A stretch of DNA of 64,000 nt from Thermoplasmatota archaeon (lineage in GTDB: Archaea; Thermoplasmatota; Penumbrarchaeia; Penumbrarchaeales; Penumbrarchaeaceae): positions 7,084-71,083 of the forward strand of contig JBLIRH010000003.1 in assembly GCA_049472215.1 (NCBI GenBank). Direction: 5' to 3'. Positions 36,704 through 45,167 of this stretch are shown here, one piece after another. A program made the translations under genes and the position numbers. The notes under the pieces were generated by a model, which saw only the letters and a list, made by a program, of their open reading frames with translations, searched no databases and was not told the origin of the DNA. How positions within the stretch are numbered: the first letter of the stretch is position 1; the number at the start of each line of letters is the position of its first letter.

Positions 36704-37339
36704 ATGCTTAAGTGTCCCCGATGCGGGGAGGAGAACAGGGACAGAGAGCTCTATTGTGCAGGCTGTCAGACCAGACTACCCTCTATCAGCGCGCTGAGGT
36801 CCACCATCAGGAACGGTCTGGAAGCCCTCGATGAGAAGGATTACAGGAAGGCCATGGACAGGTTCACCGACGTTGTGAGACAGAACCCCGGCGACCTGGA
36901 TGCATGGTTCCTGCTTTCCGCGACCAAGGTAAAGCTCGGCAGGGGATCTGAAGCCTGGGAAGACCTGGTGGAAGTTGGACTGGCAGCCGAAACAGGCAGA
37001 TGCACTCACTGCAGAGGTTCCGGTAAATGCAAGGAGTGCGGAGGACCCGGAATCTGCATCATGTGCAGGGGCACCAAGAAATGCTCCTATTGCGGTGGAA
37101 CGGGAGCTTGTCCGACCTGCCGAGGGCAGAGACCCGATGAATGCAATCATTGCAAAGGAACCGGCCAGTGCATCCGGTGCAAGGGATCTGCCGAATGCAA
37201 CTACTGCAGCGGATACGGGAACTGTGCAAAATGCAAGGGGACCGGAAAATGCGTGTTCTGCGGAGGCACAGGCCTCGGTCATGAACTGGACCTTTCTAAG
37301 GTCTCCCGGGAGTTCCACGAGCTTGCGAACTGGTTCTAG
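36704..37339 (+). CDS. Zn-ribbon plus helical (TPR-like) region plus 10 tandem CxxCxGxG-type repeats (DnaJ-Zn-finger-like)
   Basis: N-terminal CPRCGEEN-x7-CAGC. Residues 100-190 (nt 37001-37273) hold ten repeats with a period of about 9 aa: CTHCRGSG, CKECGGPG, CIMCRGTK, CSYCGGTG, CPTCRGQR, CNHCKGTG, CIRCKGSA, CNYCSGYG, CAKCKGTG, CVFCGGTG. The gene starts 14 nt after the ftsZ stop. Confidence 0.75.
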   Translation: MLKCPRCGEENRDRELYCAGCQTRLPSISALRSTIRNGLEALDEKDYRKAMDRFTDVVRQNPGDLDAWFLLSATKVKLGRGSEAWEDLVEVGLAAETGRCTHCRGSGKCKECGGPGICIMCRGTKKCSYCGGTGACPTCRGQRPDECNHCKGTGQCIRCKGSAECNYCSGYGNCAKCKGTGKCVFCGGTGLGHELDLSKVSREFHELANWF

Positions 37340-37728
37340 GTGATCCTTTTTCCGTAGGAGAGCCACCTGCGAATATCACCGTGAGGATCGTCCTCCCTCT
37401 TCACCGATCCGGAGTTCAACAGGTGTATCGCCCTCTTGATGGCAATGCCCTCCTCGAACAGGTCAATTGCCTCTTCACGCGTCATGCAGGTAGTGGAAAG
37501 GTCCTCTTTTATCTCATTGAGACGGTCCATGAGCTCCGGCATCAACCTGTCGCGTTTTCTTGGCTCCTTCGATGCCTCTTCAATAAGCTTGTCCACATCG
37601 ACCCACTGGCCCCTGAAATAGATGAACCTGTTTCGCTTCTCCCCTATGAAGGATAGGGGCCTTTCGAGCTTTGCTAAGAGCTCACTGCAGTAATTCCTGT
37701 CCTCTTCAGAGCTCGGATCGTCGAACAT
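37336..37728 (-). CDS. Hypothetical protein (about 130 aa)
   Basis: The track ORF 37336-37962 runs through tRNA-Phe. I trimmed it to the internal Met (MFDDPSSEED...) downstream of the tRNA. No domain recognised. Confidence 0.45.
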   Translation of the reverse strand: MFDDPSSEEDRNYCSELLAKLERPLSFIGEKRNRFIYFRGQWVDVDKLIEEASKEPRKRDRLMPELMDRLNEIKEDLSTTCMTREEAIDLFEEGIAIKRAIHLLNSGSVKREDDPHGDIRRWLSYGKRIT

Positions 37729-37844
37729 GTCACCTGTGGATTGCGGCCATTGTTCATAATCATTTTGAAGGTAATATGAATAGAATGGCCCCAAAACGGT
37801 ATACCTTTTATATGTGAAGTGAAATGCCCCATCGCTAAACACCT

Positions 37845-37917
37845 GCGGTGGTAGCTCAGTTGGGAGAGCGTCTGACTGAAGATCAGAAGGCCGGGTGTTC
37901 AAGTCACTCCCACCGCA
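37845..37917 (+). tRNA. tRNA-Phe (anticodon GAA)
   Basis: Acceptor GCGGUGG/CCACCGC. D arm GCUC-AGUUGGGA-GAGC. Anticodon stem UCUGA/UCAGA with loop CUGAAGA. T arm GGGUG-UUCAAGU-CACUC. Discriminator A; CCA is not fully encoded. Confidence 0.9.
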
Positions 37918-37951
37918 CCTATCGATCATCCAAGAACAGGAGTGAACAAGG

Positions 37952-38119
37952 ATGGGAGACACTATCTACGACATAGAGATATTCCAGGGAACCAGTTACT
38001 TCATAGCAAAGATCATCGCGCATGAATCCAAGGAGAAACCCATTCGCGAATACAAGACCAACACCCTGGAAGAGCTCCTCGAGAACATAGCCAAGGACAT
38101 CCTCGAGGATAACGAGTGA
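37952..38119 (+). CDS. Small hypothetical protein (55 aa), absent from the ORF track
   Basis: ATG at 37952 is preceded by AGGAGTGAACAAGG. Translation: MGDTIYDIEIFQGTSYFIAKIIAHESKEKPIREYKTNTLEELLENIAKDILEDNE, ending at TGA 38117-38119. Confidence 0.4.
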   Translation: MGDTIYDIEIFQGTSYFIAKIIAHESKEKPIREYKTNTLEELLENIAKDILEDNE

Positions 38120-38125
38120 GGTCCC

Positions 38126-40249
38126 TTACCGCGATCTCCGGTCCAGCCACTCCCTCAACCGCTTCTTTTCCTTTGCCGACATGTAATATTCAGGACCTTC
38201 CCTGCCATTCCTTTTTCTCAGGATTCCCTTTAGGGAAATCAGTGAAGTCTCCCTTTCAAGCTTCTTTTTGGATATCCCGGTGGCATCTGAGAGTTCCTGA
38301 TGGGACAGTTTTACCACATCCAGGAGAGAGACCGCGATCCTCTCCTGCTGCTTGTTAAGGACCAAGGGGCCGTCCACGAAGGAGCCGACGGTAGGATAGA
38401 ACCTGACCAGGGTCCCGTCGGGGATCGGTCTCACGGTCCCGGTCCTCTCCAAATGGACAAGGGTGGATACGAGGTCGCGCCGGCTGAAGTTTGAATATTC
38501 CAAGAGCTCTTTGAAGTGTATCCCGGGTCTTTCATGTACCAAGGAAAGTACCGGTTCTTCGTCGATAGTGCCCCCTCTGAAAATAGCCATTTGAGCGGCA
38601 TAGGATGTCTTTTCAACCATTGTCAATGCCATTGCTATCAACGTCAATGATAAGATCAGGAAGAGAATTATTATCAACCACCATGGGAAGGAACCTGCAT
38701 TCCCATCCCCGTCCCGATCGATTGGAGGAATCTCTATTTGAACGGAATTGGAAATGACCCTGCTGCTGCCATCTAGGTGCTCGAAGCGCACAATGACCGT
38801 GAGATTGACAAGGCCCGAGATATTGGATATGGGGACCTCCACGATGGTGACATTTTCCGGATCGAACTCTTTGAGCGCCAAACCCTGGTGCGATCCCGGA
38901 TAAGTAACGAACACACCGCTATAATTTATCGACTCATCGTTCCCTGATGATCCCTTGTAAAACTTCTGGCCAGAGGGGTCAACGTGCAAATTCACACGGA
39001 CAAGATCGTTCGATACGGACAGAACCTCGATACTTACTTCGGGATCATTGAATGATGAGTTCTCGATCACAGTGAAGTTCCAGGGATACATCCTGACAGA
39101 ATAATATGCATCCGTTAATGAGATCCAATACGAATATTGTCCAACATCCATATTCCATGGCAGGATCCTCAATTTCCCATTGGAGATGAACTCATCTGTT
39201 CCCGATCCATCTGAGAATAGTATTGCCCCCTGGAATAGTTGATAATTTACGAACCCGATCTCATCGTTGGAATCAAGATCGATGAGGACCTCCTCCCCCG
39301 CTTTGAAAACCTTTGGAAGCTCAGACAACAACCTCGGAGGAGTGTTGTTTATGGTTATCTCCAATCTGCTCAGGTCCTTGCCGCCAAAGATATCCAGGGA
39401 TTCCACCTCAAGTACACCCCGGGTCCTGGCGGAAAGACCGGGAAGGAAAGTGAATTTCCCGGTAACGGGATCCAACGTACCCCCAAAATCGTCCCTTATG
39501 ACCTGGTAGTAAGTGGCACCATCACCCTCCGAGCGGCAGTCGAAATCGATGGTCTTCTCCACCCACTCCTGCACGAGACCATAATCCTTTACGGTGATGT
39601 TCGGGAGCTCGTTGACGACGGTTATGGTCCATTCGTAATATACGATCCCGCCGTTCAGATCGTCAAGTGTCAGATTGACCGTCCAGTTGCCGACATGGAC
39701 GTTCCTCGGGGTCCCGGATATCCTTCCGGTCCTGTCGATCTCGAGCCATGTAGTGTTCCATGGGCCGGACTGCTTCATCCGGACCTCCCATTTATCTCCG
39801 TCCTCCCTGAGATCGAACTTGGAAACGTAATCCTGGTCCTCCCAGCCCATGGGGGCAACAGAACCTTCGACTAACAGGGGAGGAGTATTGGCAACACTGA
39901 TGGAGACATCGACAAGGACCTGCTCGGTCGTGGATGTCACGTTCACCGTGAAATTGGTATATCCTACATCATCGTTCCCTGGGGTCCCGAAAAGCAGTCC
40001 GCTGTTCATCTCCACCCATCCGGGCTTATCGACGAATGTCCATATCAGGTCCTCGCCGGAGATGTTGACGTCCTGGAGAAAAGCGTTGAAGGGCTCATCC
40101 TCCTTGGCATTGAAGGTATAAGACGCCTCTGCCCGGGTCGGGATCCCATCTTGTCCTAACGAGAGCTGTAGATCGGTGGGGGGCATGAAAAAGAATGTGA
40201 TGAATAGGAAAAAGATAACAAGTAATGTCCTGGGGAAACCGACCTTCAT
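38126..40249 (-). CDS. Membrane-tethered protein: large Ig-like ectodomain, one TM, cytoplasmic tandem winged-HTH domains
   Basis: 707 aa. Signal/TM (LLVIFFLFITFFFM), then about 500 aa of beta-rich ectodomain, then TM (WWLIIILFLILSLTLIAMALTMV). Two wHTH-like units follow (PGIHFKELLEYSNFSRRDLVSTLVHLERTGTVRPIPDG and LSHQELSDATGISKKKLERETSLISLKGILRKRNG). Confidence 0.65.
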   Translation of the reverse strand: MKVGFPRTLLVIFFLFITFFFMPPTDLQLSLGQDGIPTRAEASYTFNAKEDEPFNAFLQDVNISGEDLIWTFVDKPGWVEMNSGLLFGTPGNDDVGYTNFTVNVTSTTEQVLVDVSISVANTPPLLVEGSVAPMGWEDQDYVSKFDLREDGDKWEVRMKQSGPWNTTWLEIDRTGRISGTPRNVHVGNWTVNLTLDDLNGGIVYYEWTITVVNELPNITVKDYGLVQEWVEKTIDFDCRSEGDGATYYQVIRDDFGGTLDPVTGKFTFLPGLSARTRGVLEVESLDIFGGKDLSRLEITINNTPPRLLSELPKVFKAGEEVLIDLDSNDEIGFVNYQLFQGAILFSDGSGTDEFISNGKLRILPWNMDVGQYSYWISLTDAYYSVRMYPWNFTVIENSSFNDPEVSIEVLSVSNDLVRVNLHVDPSGQKFYKGSSGNDESINYSGVFVTYPGSHQGLALKEFDPENVTIVEVPISNISGLVNLTVIVRFEHLDGSSRVISNSVQIEIPPIDRDGDGNAGSFPWWLIIILFLILSLTLIAMALTMVEKTSYAAQMAIFRGGTIDEEPVLSLVHERPGIHFKELLEYSNFSRRDLVSTLVHLERTGTVRPIPDGTLVRFYPTVGSFVDGPLVLNKQQERIAVSLLDVVKLSHQELSDATGISKKKLERETSLISLKGILRKRNGREGPEYYMSAKEKKRLREWLDRRSR

Positions 40250-40433
40250 TCTTCTTACCCGTCATGATGAATCCCTTCGGAATATATTATTCCTGGGTAT
40301 ATGGTCTCATATCTGATACCAGACCATCCACCAGCTAATGAAGGGCGTCCCCCAAAGGTTTATTAATACCTGCTCTATATCAGCCATTGCCCAGGGGTGG
40401 TTTTGACCATTTTCTGTGCTCTCGCCAACGGAC

Positions 40434-40511
40434 AGCGGGGTGGGGTAGCCAGGATATCCCGTCGGGCTCATAACCCGAAGACCAATAGTTCAAATCTATT
40501 CCCCGCTACCA
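40434..40511 (+). tRNA. Initiator-type tRNA-Met (anticodon CAU), CCA encoded
   Basis: Acceptor AGCGGGG/CCCCGCU gives the archaeal initiator A1:U72 pair. Anticodon stem UCGGG/CCCGA has three consecutive G-C pairs next to loop CUCAUAA. T arm AAUAG-UUCAAAU-CUAUU. Confidence 0.9.
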
Positions 40512-40528
40512 TTTTATAATTGTTTTAA

Positions 40529-40692
40529 GGGGATAGATTTGAACCAGTAATAATATCATAAGCAGCTTGGTTCACCTGGATGTTTAAGAAATGAACAATG
40601 ATGGACATTGTGACTTATTGTTCGGCCCTAACATCCAGGCCAGTAAAATCACAAAGTGATTTTAGCGCGAATCTATTCCCCGCTACCATTTT
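40529..40692 (+). other. Highly structured ~160-nt segment between the two repeat copies (candidate ncRNA or remnant of an integrated/miniature element)
   Basis: Nested perfect inverted repeats. GAACCA 40541-46 pairs with TGGTTC 40568-73. CCTGGATGTT 40575-84 pairs with AACATCCAGG 40630-39. GAACAAT 40593-99 pairs with ATTGTTC 40617-23. TAAAATCAC-AAA-GTGATTTTA spans 40644-64. GGGGATAGATT 40529-39 can pair with AATCTAT(T)CCCC 40670-81. The segment ends in a T6 run. Confidence 0.3.
40670..40692 (+). repeat. 23-nt perfect direct repeat of the tRNA-iMet 3' end (att-like)
   Basis: aatctattccccgctaccatttt occurs at 40493-40515 (T loop/T stem/acceptor/CCA plus trailer of the tRNA) and again at 40670-40692. 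The second copy lacks the rest of a tRNA. Confidence 0.9.
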
Positions 40693-40748
40693 TTAAGCAA
40701 TCAATATATCAATTTTCTCTTAAAAAATGGCCCTTACAATTTGAGATC

Positions 40749-41147
40749 TTATTTCACGATCCTTCTTTCCGTAAGTTCCTGGAAGATCTCAGTGGTCCTG
40801 TATATTATCCAGTTCTTTTCCTGTCTCCCCTCGATGAGACCCGCGTCCTTGAGTATGGAAAGATGATATGATAATTTCGAATTGGAGATATTGACCAATT
40901 CCTTCAAACAACATACGCAGAGTGGTTGTACATCCAGCATGTATGCGATCCGAAGTCGGAGAGGATCCGAGAGAGACCTGTAAACCCTACTCATTTTCTC
41001 TATCTCAACTCCCTCGGGGATCCTTTTGGGAATCTCTTCCAAACCACCAAGATCATCGATTTTTTCCCTTATAGGCTCCGGTATTTCCAATCGCTCACCT
41101 ATTTCAAGATATTTTGAAACAGGAATATATTTATACCGGTCGAACAT
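40749..41147 (-). CDS. ArsR/SmtB-family transcriptional regulator
   Basis: LSDPLRLRIAYMLDVQPLCVCCLKELVNISNSKLSYHLSILKDAGLIEGRQEKNWIIYR is a canonical ArsR wHTH with a Cys pair. Confidence 0.85.
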   Translation of the reverse strand: MFDRYKYIPVSKYLEIGERLEIPEPIREKIDDLGGLEEIPKRIPEGVEIEKMSRVYRSLSDPLRLRIAYMLDVQPLCVCCLKELVNISNSKLSYHLSILKDAGLIEGRQEKNWIIYRTTEIFQELTERRIVK

Positions 41148-41175
41148 GACCTATTTCAAACAAATTTGAAACAGT

Positions 41176-42264
41176 GTGGCCATGGATATCGCCGGGATGA
41201 TCATCAGGGCACTCCTCTCGGGATGGAGCTCATTTCTTGACTACGTAACGAACCATACATTGACCTGTCTGGTCCCTGCACTTTTCATTGCCGGTGCGAT
41301 CGCTGCTTTCGTGAAGAAAGAGGCGATACTGAAATACTTCGGCCCAAACGTGAGAAGGTATGTATCATACCCTCTTGCAGCCACATCCGGAATAATCCTA
41401 GCTGTCTGTTCCTGCACGATCCTGCCTCTCTATGCCGGCATATACAGAAAGGGATCGGGTATAGGCCCTGCAACCGCTTTTTTGTACTCCGGTCCAGCCA
41501 TCAACGTCCTTGCAATCGTATATACCGCAAGTGCACTTGGATATGACCTTGGTGTGGCCAGAGCGCTCGCCGCGATCATCATGTCGGTGGTGATAGGGGC
41601 GTACATGGCGATGATCTTCAGGAAACATGACCGTCAACTCATTTCTCAGGCAAAGAAAGCATCATCATTCACAATGCAGGAAGAAAGAAGCACCAGGCCT
41701 CGATGGACCGTGCCATTGTTCTTCCTTTTGCTTGTCGGAGTCCTGGTGATAGGTGCGTCCTCTCTCTCATGGCTGGTTAAAGGTCCCATAGTGGGTCTGT
41801 TGATCATCGGCTTAGTAGTAATTGTGGTGAAGATGTTCGACCGCAGGGAATCGAAGGAATGGTGGCTTGAAACCTGGTTCCTTTCTAAGAAGATCGTTCC
41901 GATACTTGTGATCGGAGCCTTCGCTGTTGGAGTTATTGCTTATTTCATCCCGCCGGAGACCTTCCAGGATGTTCTCGGCAACGAAGGATTGCCAGCGAAT
42001 TTCCTCGCGGCTGTTATCGGTGCGATCCTTTACATGCCGACCCTTCTCGAGGTACCTATTATCGGAGAGACCTTCGGGTATAGTGATGGCATCATGGGAT
42101 CCGGGCCAGCATTGTCCCTTCTGCTTGCAGGACCGGCCGTCTCCCTTCCGAATATGATCGTCCTTTACAGGATAATGGGTTTAAAGAAAACAGCTGTTTA
42201 CATCGGTCTCGTTATTCTGATATCCACTTTAGCCGGGTATGTATATGGAAATCTGATCGCATAG
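41176..42264 (+). CDS. Permease of the COG0701/ArsP-like family
   Basis: Polytopic 362-aa protein with the family-typical CSC motif (ILAVCSCTILPL). It sits in the conserved ArsR-permease-small thioredoxin arrangement. Confidence 0.7.
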   Translation: MAMDIAGMIIRALLSGWSSFLDYVTNHTLTCLVPALFIAGAIAAFVKKEAILKYFGPNVRRYVSYPLAATSGIILAVCSCTILPLYAGIYRKGSGIGPATAFLYSGPAINVLAIVYTASALGYDLGVARALAAIIMSVVIGAYMAMIFRKHDRQLISQAKKASSFTMQEERSTRPRWTVPLFFLLLVGVLVIGASSLSWLVKGPIVGLLIIGLVVIVVKMFDRRESKEWWLETWFLSKKIVPILVIGAFAVGVIAYFIPPETFQDVLGNEGLPANFLAAVIGAILYMPTLLEVPIIGETFGYSDGIMGSGPALSLLLAGPAVSLPNMIVLYRIMGLKKTAVYIGLVILISTLAGYVYGNLIA

Positions 42265-42278
42265 AGGTGAATTAATTG

Positions 42279-42515
42279 ATGAAGATAGAGGTCCTGGGAT
42301 CCGGATGCGCAAAATGCAAGCTGCTGCATTCGAATGTCGAGAAAGCAGTGCAGAAAGCAGGTATCAAAGCAAAGGTCGTGAAGGTAGAAGACATCGTTGA
42401 GATCATGAATCGAGGGATCATGATCACTCCCGGTCTTGTGATAGATGGCAAGGTCGTTCTGTCCGGAAAAGTGCCAGATGTCGATGAGATAGTGAAGTTG
42501 ATGAGGACTGGATAA
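42279..42515 (+). CDS. Small thioredoxin-fold redox-active disulfide protein (MTH895/TM0996-like)
   Basis: MKIEVLGSGCAKCKLL carries a CxxC near the N-terminus and PGLVIDGKVV near the C-terminus. About 78 aa. Confidence 0.8.
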   Translation: MKIEVLGSGCAKCKLLHSNVEKAVQKAGIKAKVVKVEDIVEIMNRGIMITPGLVIDGKVVLSGKVPDVDEIVKLMRTG

Positions 42516-42589
42516 CATCAGGATAAATATCAGTTATTACAACCCTGATACCTCATAAATTTTAATTACGAATACCAATCTAGAACCTC

Positions 42590-43960
42590 ATGGGTTATTT
42601 GACGACCCATGATTACATCCTGCTCGGGATACGGCTCCTCCCTAATTCCAGCCTGGGATATGACGACAGGGAGGAGCTCGGCAGGTCCCTCGGTTTTTCT
42701 TTCCTCACGGTCAGAAGGTCTCTTACGGACCTGAAGAAGAACGACTGTATCATCAAAGAGAAGGAGGGAACGAAGGCATACTTCAAGATCACCGATGAAG
42801 GCATGAAGAAGGCCGAGGAACTTTATTCGGATATCAGCAATCTGTATTTCACACCCCAGCGTCATGGAGTCCCGACCTCCATCAGATTGACAGAGGTCCT
42901 GAAATTGATCAACGATCCATTTTTCAAGCCTTTTCTGGTCAAACTGTATTTTGAAAAGGATATCTTCGACCTAATGGACACGTTGAAGACATTCGAGATG
43001 CTGAAAAAGGAAACCTCCATTTACAACCTCTTTGAAAAGATCGATATATTCCACGGCTCCCAGGGAATGCCGAATTTTACCCACAGCTTCATCAAGGCAA
43101 CCATGTTCGGGTTGAATGAAAATAGAAAATGGACGAAAGAGAATCCTAGCGAGGGGAACATCCAGGTACTTCTACTAGACGCCGATCTTAAAGCCCGTCG
43201 TGGAGACCTAGAGGAAGCTCTTTCTCTCTATCGTACTATCCTTCAAAAACCCAACTTACCTCAGGAACTGTGGTTCATCGGAATACTGGGATTGGTTAAA
43301 ACATACGGAAGATTGGGAAGAAGAAATGAATGGGAAAAGGCCTTGGAAGAAACCAGGCGACAAACGGATAATAAGATCATTCACGGATACCTCAACCAGA
43401 TAGAGGCCGATCTTCTTGCAACGATCGGTGACTATGACAGGGCAAAGATCCTATTCGAAAAGGCGATCGGCACATTCAGGCATTACAATCTACCTTTATT
43501 CCTATCCATCACCTACAACAACTATGGCATTCTGATGTTCAACAGAGAAATGTATGACGAGGCTGAGAGGATATGGAAAAAGGGAAAGCGTTATGGTTCC
43601 GAAAGTGGTAACAGGTTTTCCACGGTTCCGACAGATATCAATCTGGCCAGTATAATACGTATCAAGGGAGACCTGGAAAAGGCAAGGAAGTATCTGGAGG
43701 ATGCAAAGGATCTGTGTATCTCCCAGAACAATATAGAAATGCTTTCTTCAGTAGAATACAACATTTCCCTGATCATGATCTCCGAAGGAAACTTCGAAGA
43801 GGCCATCGAACTGTTTAACAGATCATGCTTCGATACCTATCCCCTTCTGTCCGAAGATTATAGGGAAGAAAGACTAGCAGTATTCAAGCGAGAGGTGGAA
43901 AAGTATAAATACACCCCCCTCCGCAGAGGTCCAAAATACGATTTGGTTTATATGGGATGA
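42590..43960 (+). CDS. N-terminal wHTH plus TPR-repeat protein
   Basis: N-terminal wHTH-like segment (LGRSLGFSFLTVRRSLTDLKKNDCIIKEKEG), followed by several TPR-like repeats (ALSLYRTILQKPN, AKILFEKAIGTF, AERIWKKGKRYG, ARKYLEDAKDLC, AIELFNRSC). By eye it is more AT-rich than the window average. Confidence 0.6.
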   Translation: MGYLTTHDYILLGIRLLPNSSLGYDDREELGRSLGFSFLTVRRSLTDLKKNDCIIKEKEGTKAYFKITDEGMKKAEELYSDISNLYFTPQRHGVPTSIRLTEVLKLINDPFFKPFLVKLYFEKDIFDLMDTLKTFEMLKKETSIYNLFEKIDIFHGSQGMPNFTHSFIKATMFGLNENRKWTKENPSEGNIQVLLLDADLKARRGDLEEALSLYRTILQKPNLPQELWFIGILGLVKTYGRLGRRNEWEKALEETRRQTDNKIIHGYLNQIEADLLATIGDYDRAKILFEKAIGTFRHYNLPLFLSITYNNYGILMFNREMYDEAERIWKKGKRYGSESGNRFSTVPTDINLASIIRIKGDLEKARKYLEDAKDLCISQNNIEMLSSVEYNISLIMISEGNFEEAIELFNRSCFDTYPLLSEDYREERLAVFKREVEKYKYTPLRRGPKYDLVYMG

Positions 43961-43977
43961 CCGCAAAATCGTGATTC

Positions 43978-44673
43978 ATGACCCGAACTGTACCTCTCCT
44001 TGCTGGCGCATTATCGGTAGCTTCTTTGCTGCTGATGATCCTTATCTCGAATCCTGTTAATGCTGACCCCCAAGAGTACAGAGCATTGATAATTATCTCC
44101 GATTACGAAGGGACCGATGATCATGAACTCGAAAAGGGGGTCGCATTCTACGATTACCTCATCGAGAATGGATACCACGATGACGATATAATCTTCCTAA
44201 CGTCAGAAAATGTATCCTGCATGGACGATAATGTTACTATTGAGAATATCAACGAAGCTTTCCAGTGGCTTATCGATGAAGGGAAACAGAAGACAACCGT
44301 GAATGTATACATCAGCGATAACACACATCATATTGCTTCAAGAAGCTATTATCAGTTCAGCAACGGTACTGTCAACTGCTCGGATATTATCAGATGGATA
44401 GATCAGATCAGCTATGACACCTTGAACTACATCACCCTCGGGAACCACTCCGGTTGGTTCGGCCCCCAGCTCGTGGGGGAGAACAGGGTGGTGATCAGCT
44501 CCATGAGGGAGTTCGAGGAGTCCTTCGTGGACCGTTTCAATATCACCAGGAGCCTGGAGGATCCAACCGCGGACACGGACTGTGATGGCAAGGTATCCTT
44601 CGTTGAGGCTTTCTACAACGAGGAACAACTGCTGATCAGGTATGACCAGCACCCTGTCCTCTGGTGCCCGTGA
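43978..44673 (+). CDS. Secreted hypothetical protein (possible caspase/legumain-like fold, unverified)
   Basis: Signal peptide (VPLLAGALSVASLLLMILISNPVNA). YRALIIISDYEGTDDHELEKGVAFYDYLIENGYHDDDIIFL resembles the start of C13-type peptidases, but I cannot identify a His-Gly...Ala-Cys catalytic dyad. Confidence 0.35.
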   Translation: MTRTVPLLAGALSVASLLLMILISNPVNADPQEYRALIIISDYEGTDDHELEKGVAFYDYLIENGYHDDDIIFLTSENVSCMDDNVTIENINEAFQWLIDEGKQKTTVNVYISDNTHHIASRSYYQFSNGTVNCSDIIRWIDQISYDTLNYITLGNHSGWFGPQLVGENRVVISSMREFEESFVDRFNITRSLEDPTADTDCDGKVSFVEAFYNEEQLLIRYDQHPVLWCP

Positions 44674-44692
44674 TGAATCAGGAGGAAAAGTA

Positions 44693-45034
44693 TTGAAGAC
44701 CACGATAGAAGTGCATGCGGATGACTATCTGCAGGAACTTGAAAGGATCCAGAGGACAATGGCCATGGACCAATGCTTCCCCGAGAAGGAATGTGCGATC
44801 TGCGGGGCCAATGAGGGGATCGCACTGCACTCCCTCATTTCCCAAAGGCTCCAGTTCTCAAAGGAGGTTCCTGTGTGCAGGGTTTGCACAGGTCATCTGA
44901 TCGATACCTGCATCGAGGACTTCTTTCGAAAGATCAAGCAAGAGGAATTCTACCTCTGGAGTCAGATAGTTACACACAACATCCGAAAGAATACCTGGAT
45001 ATCCAGATTGGCCTTCGATATACTCAAGGAATGA
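44693..45034 (+). CDS. Small CxxC...CxxC protein, function unknown
   Basis: I prefer TTG at 44693, about 8 nt after AGGAGGA; the track start 44642 overlaps the previous gene. Contains ECAICG and VCRVCTG. Confidence 0.45.
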   Translation: MKTTIEVHADDYLQELERIQRTMAMDQCFPEKECAICGANEGIALHSLISQRLQFSKEVPVCRVCTGHLIDTCIEDFFRKIKQEEFYLWSQIVTHNIRKNTWISRLAFDILKE

Positions 45035-45128
45035 CGCTCCTCTGTGAATGCGTGAAAGAAGGAGAAAAGGGGGCCGGGGAGAGTGGATCGAAAGATCCTC
45101 TTCATTGGTCCAGAAGAGGAGAATAACA

Positions 45129-45167
45129 GGACCCCGCAACGGGTCAGCGGGGTCCAACCTTTATTTT
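45129..45167 (+). terminator. Stem-loop plus T-run terminator-like element
   Basis: GGACCCCGC-aacgggtca-GCGGGGTCC is a perfect 9-bp stem at 45129-45155, followed by aaccTTTATTTT. It is preceded by a second hairpin, TCCTCTTC-n9-GAAGAGGA. Confidence 0.45.

Noticed and set aside
37729-37962. The N-terminal 78 codons of track ORF 37336-37962.
   Set aside because: This part runs antisense through tRNA-Phe (37845-37917). I trimmed the CDS to the internal Met at 37728.
40661-40692. The second copy of the tRNA-iMet 3' end as a second tRNA gene or split-tRNA 3' half.
   Set aside because: Only the last ~23 nt are present. The upstream sequence (TTTAG-CGCGAAT) cannot form a T arm, and there is no anticodon or D arm.
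40656-40871. A 71-aa plus-strand ORF next to the tRNA repeat (also 30149-30439 and 48961-49212 in long intergenic regions).
   Set aside because: These have no RBS, no motifs and odd composition. The first overlaps the well-supported ArsR gene on the other strand.
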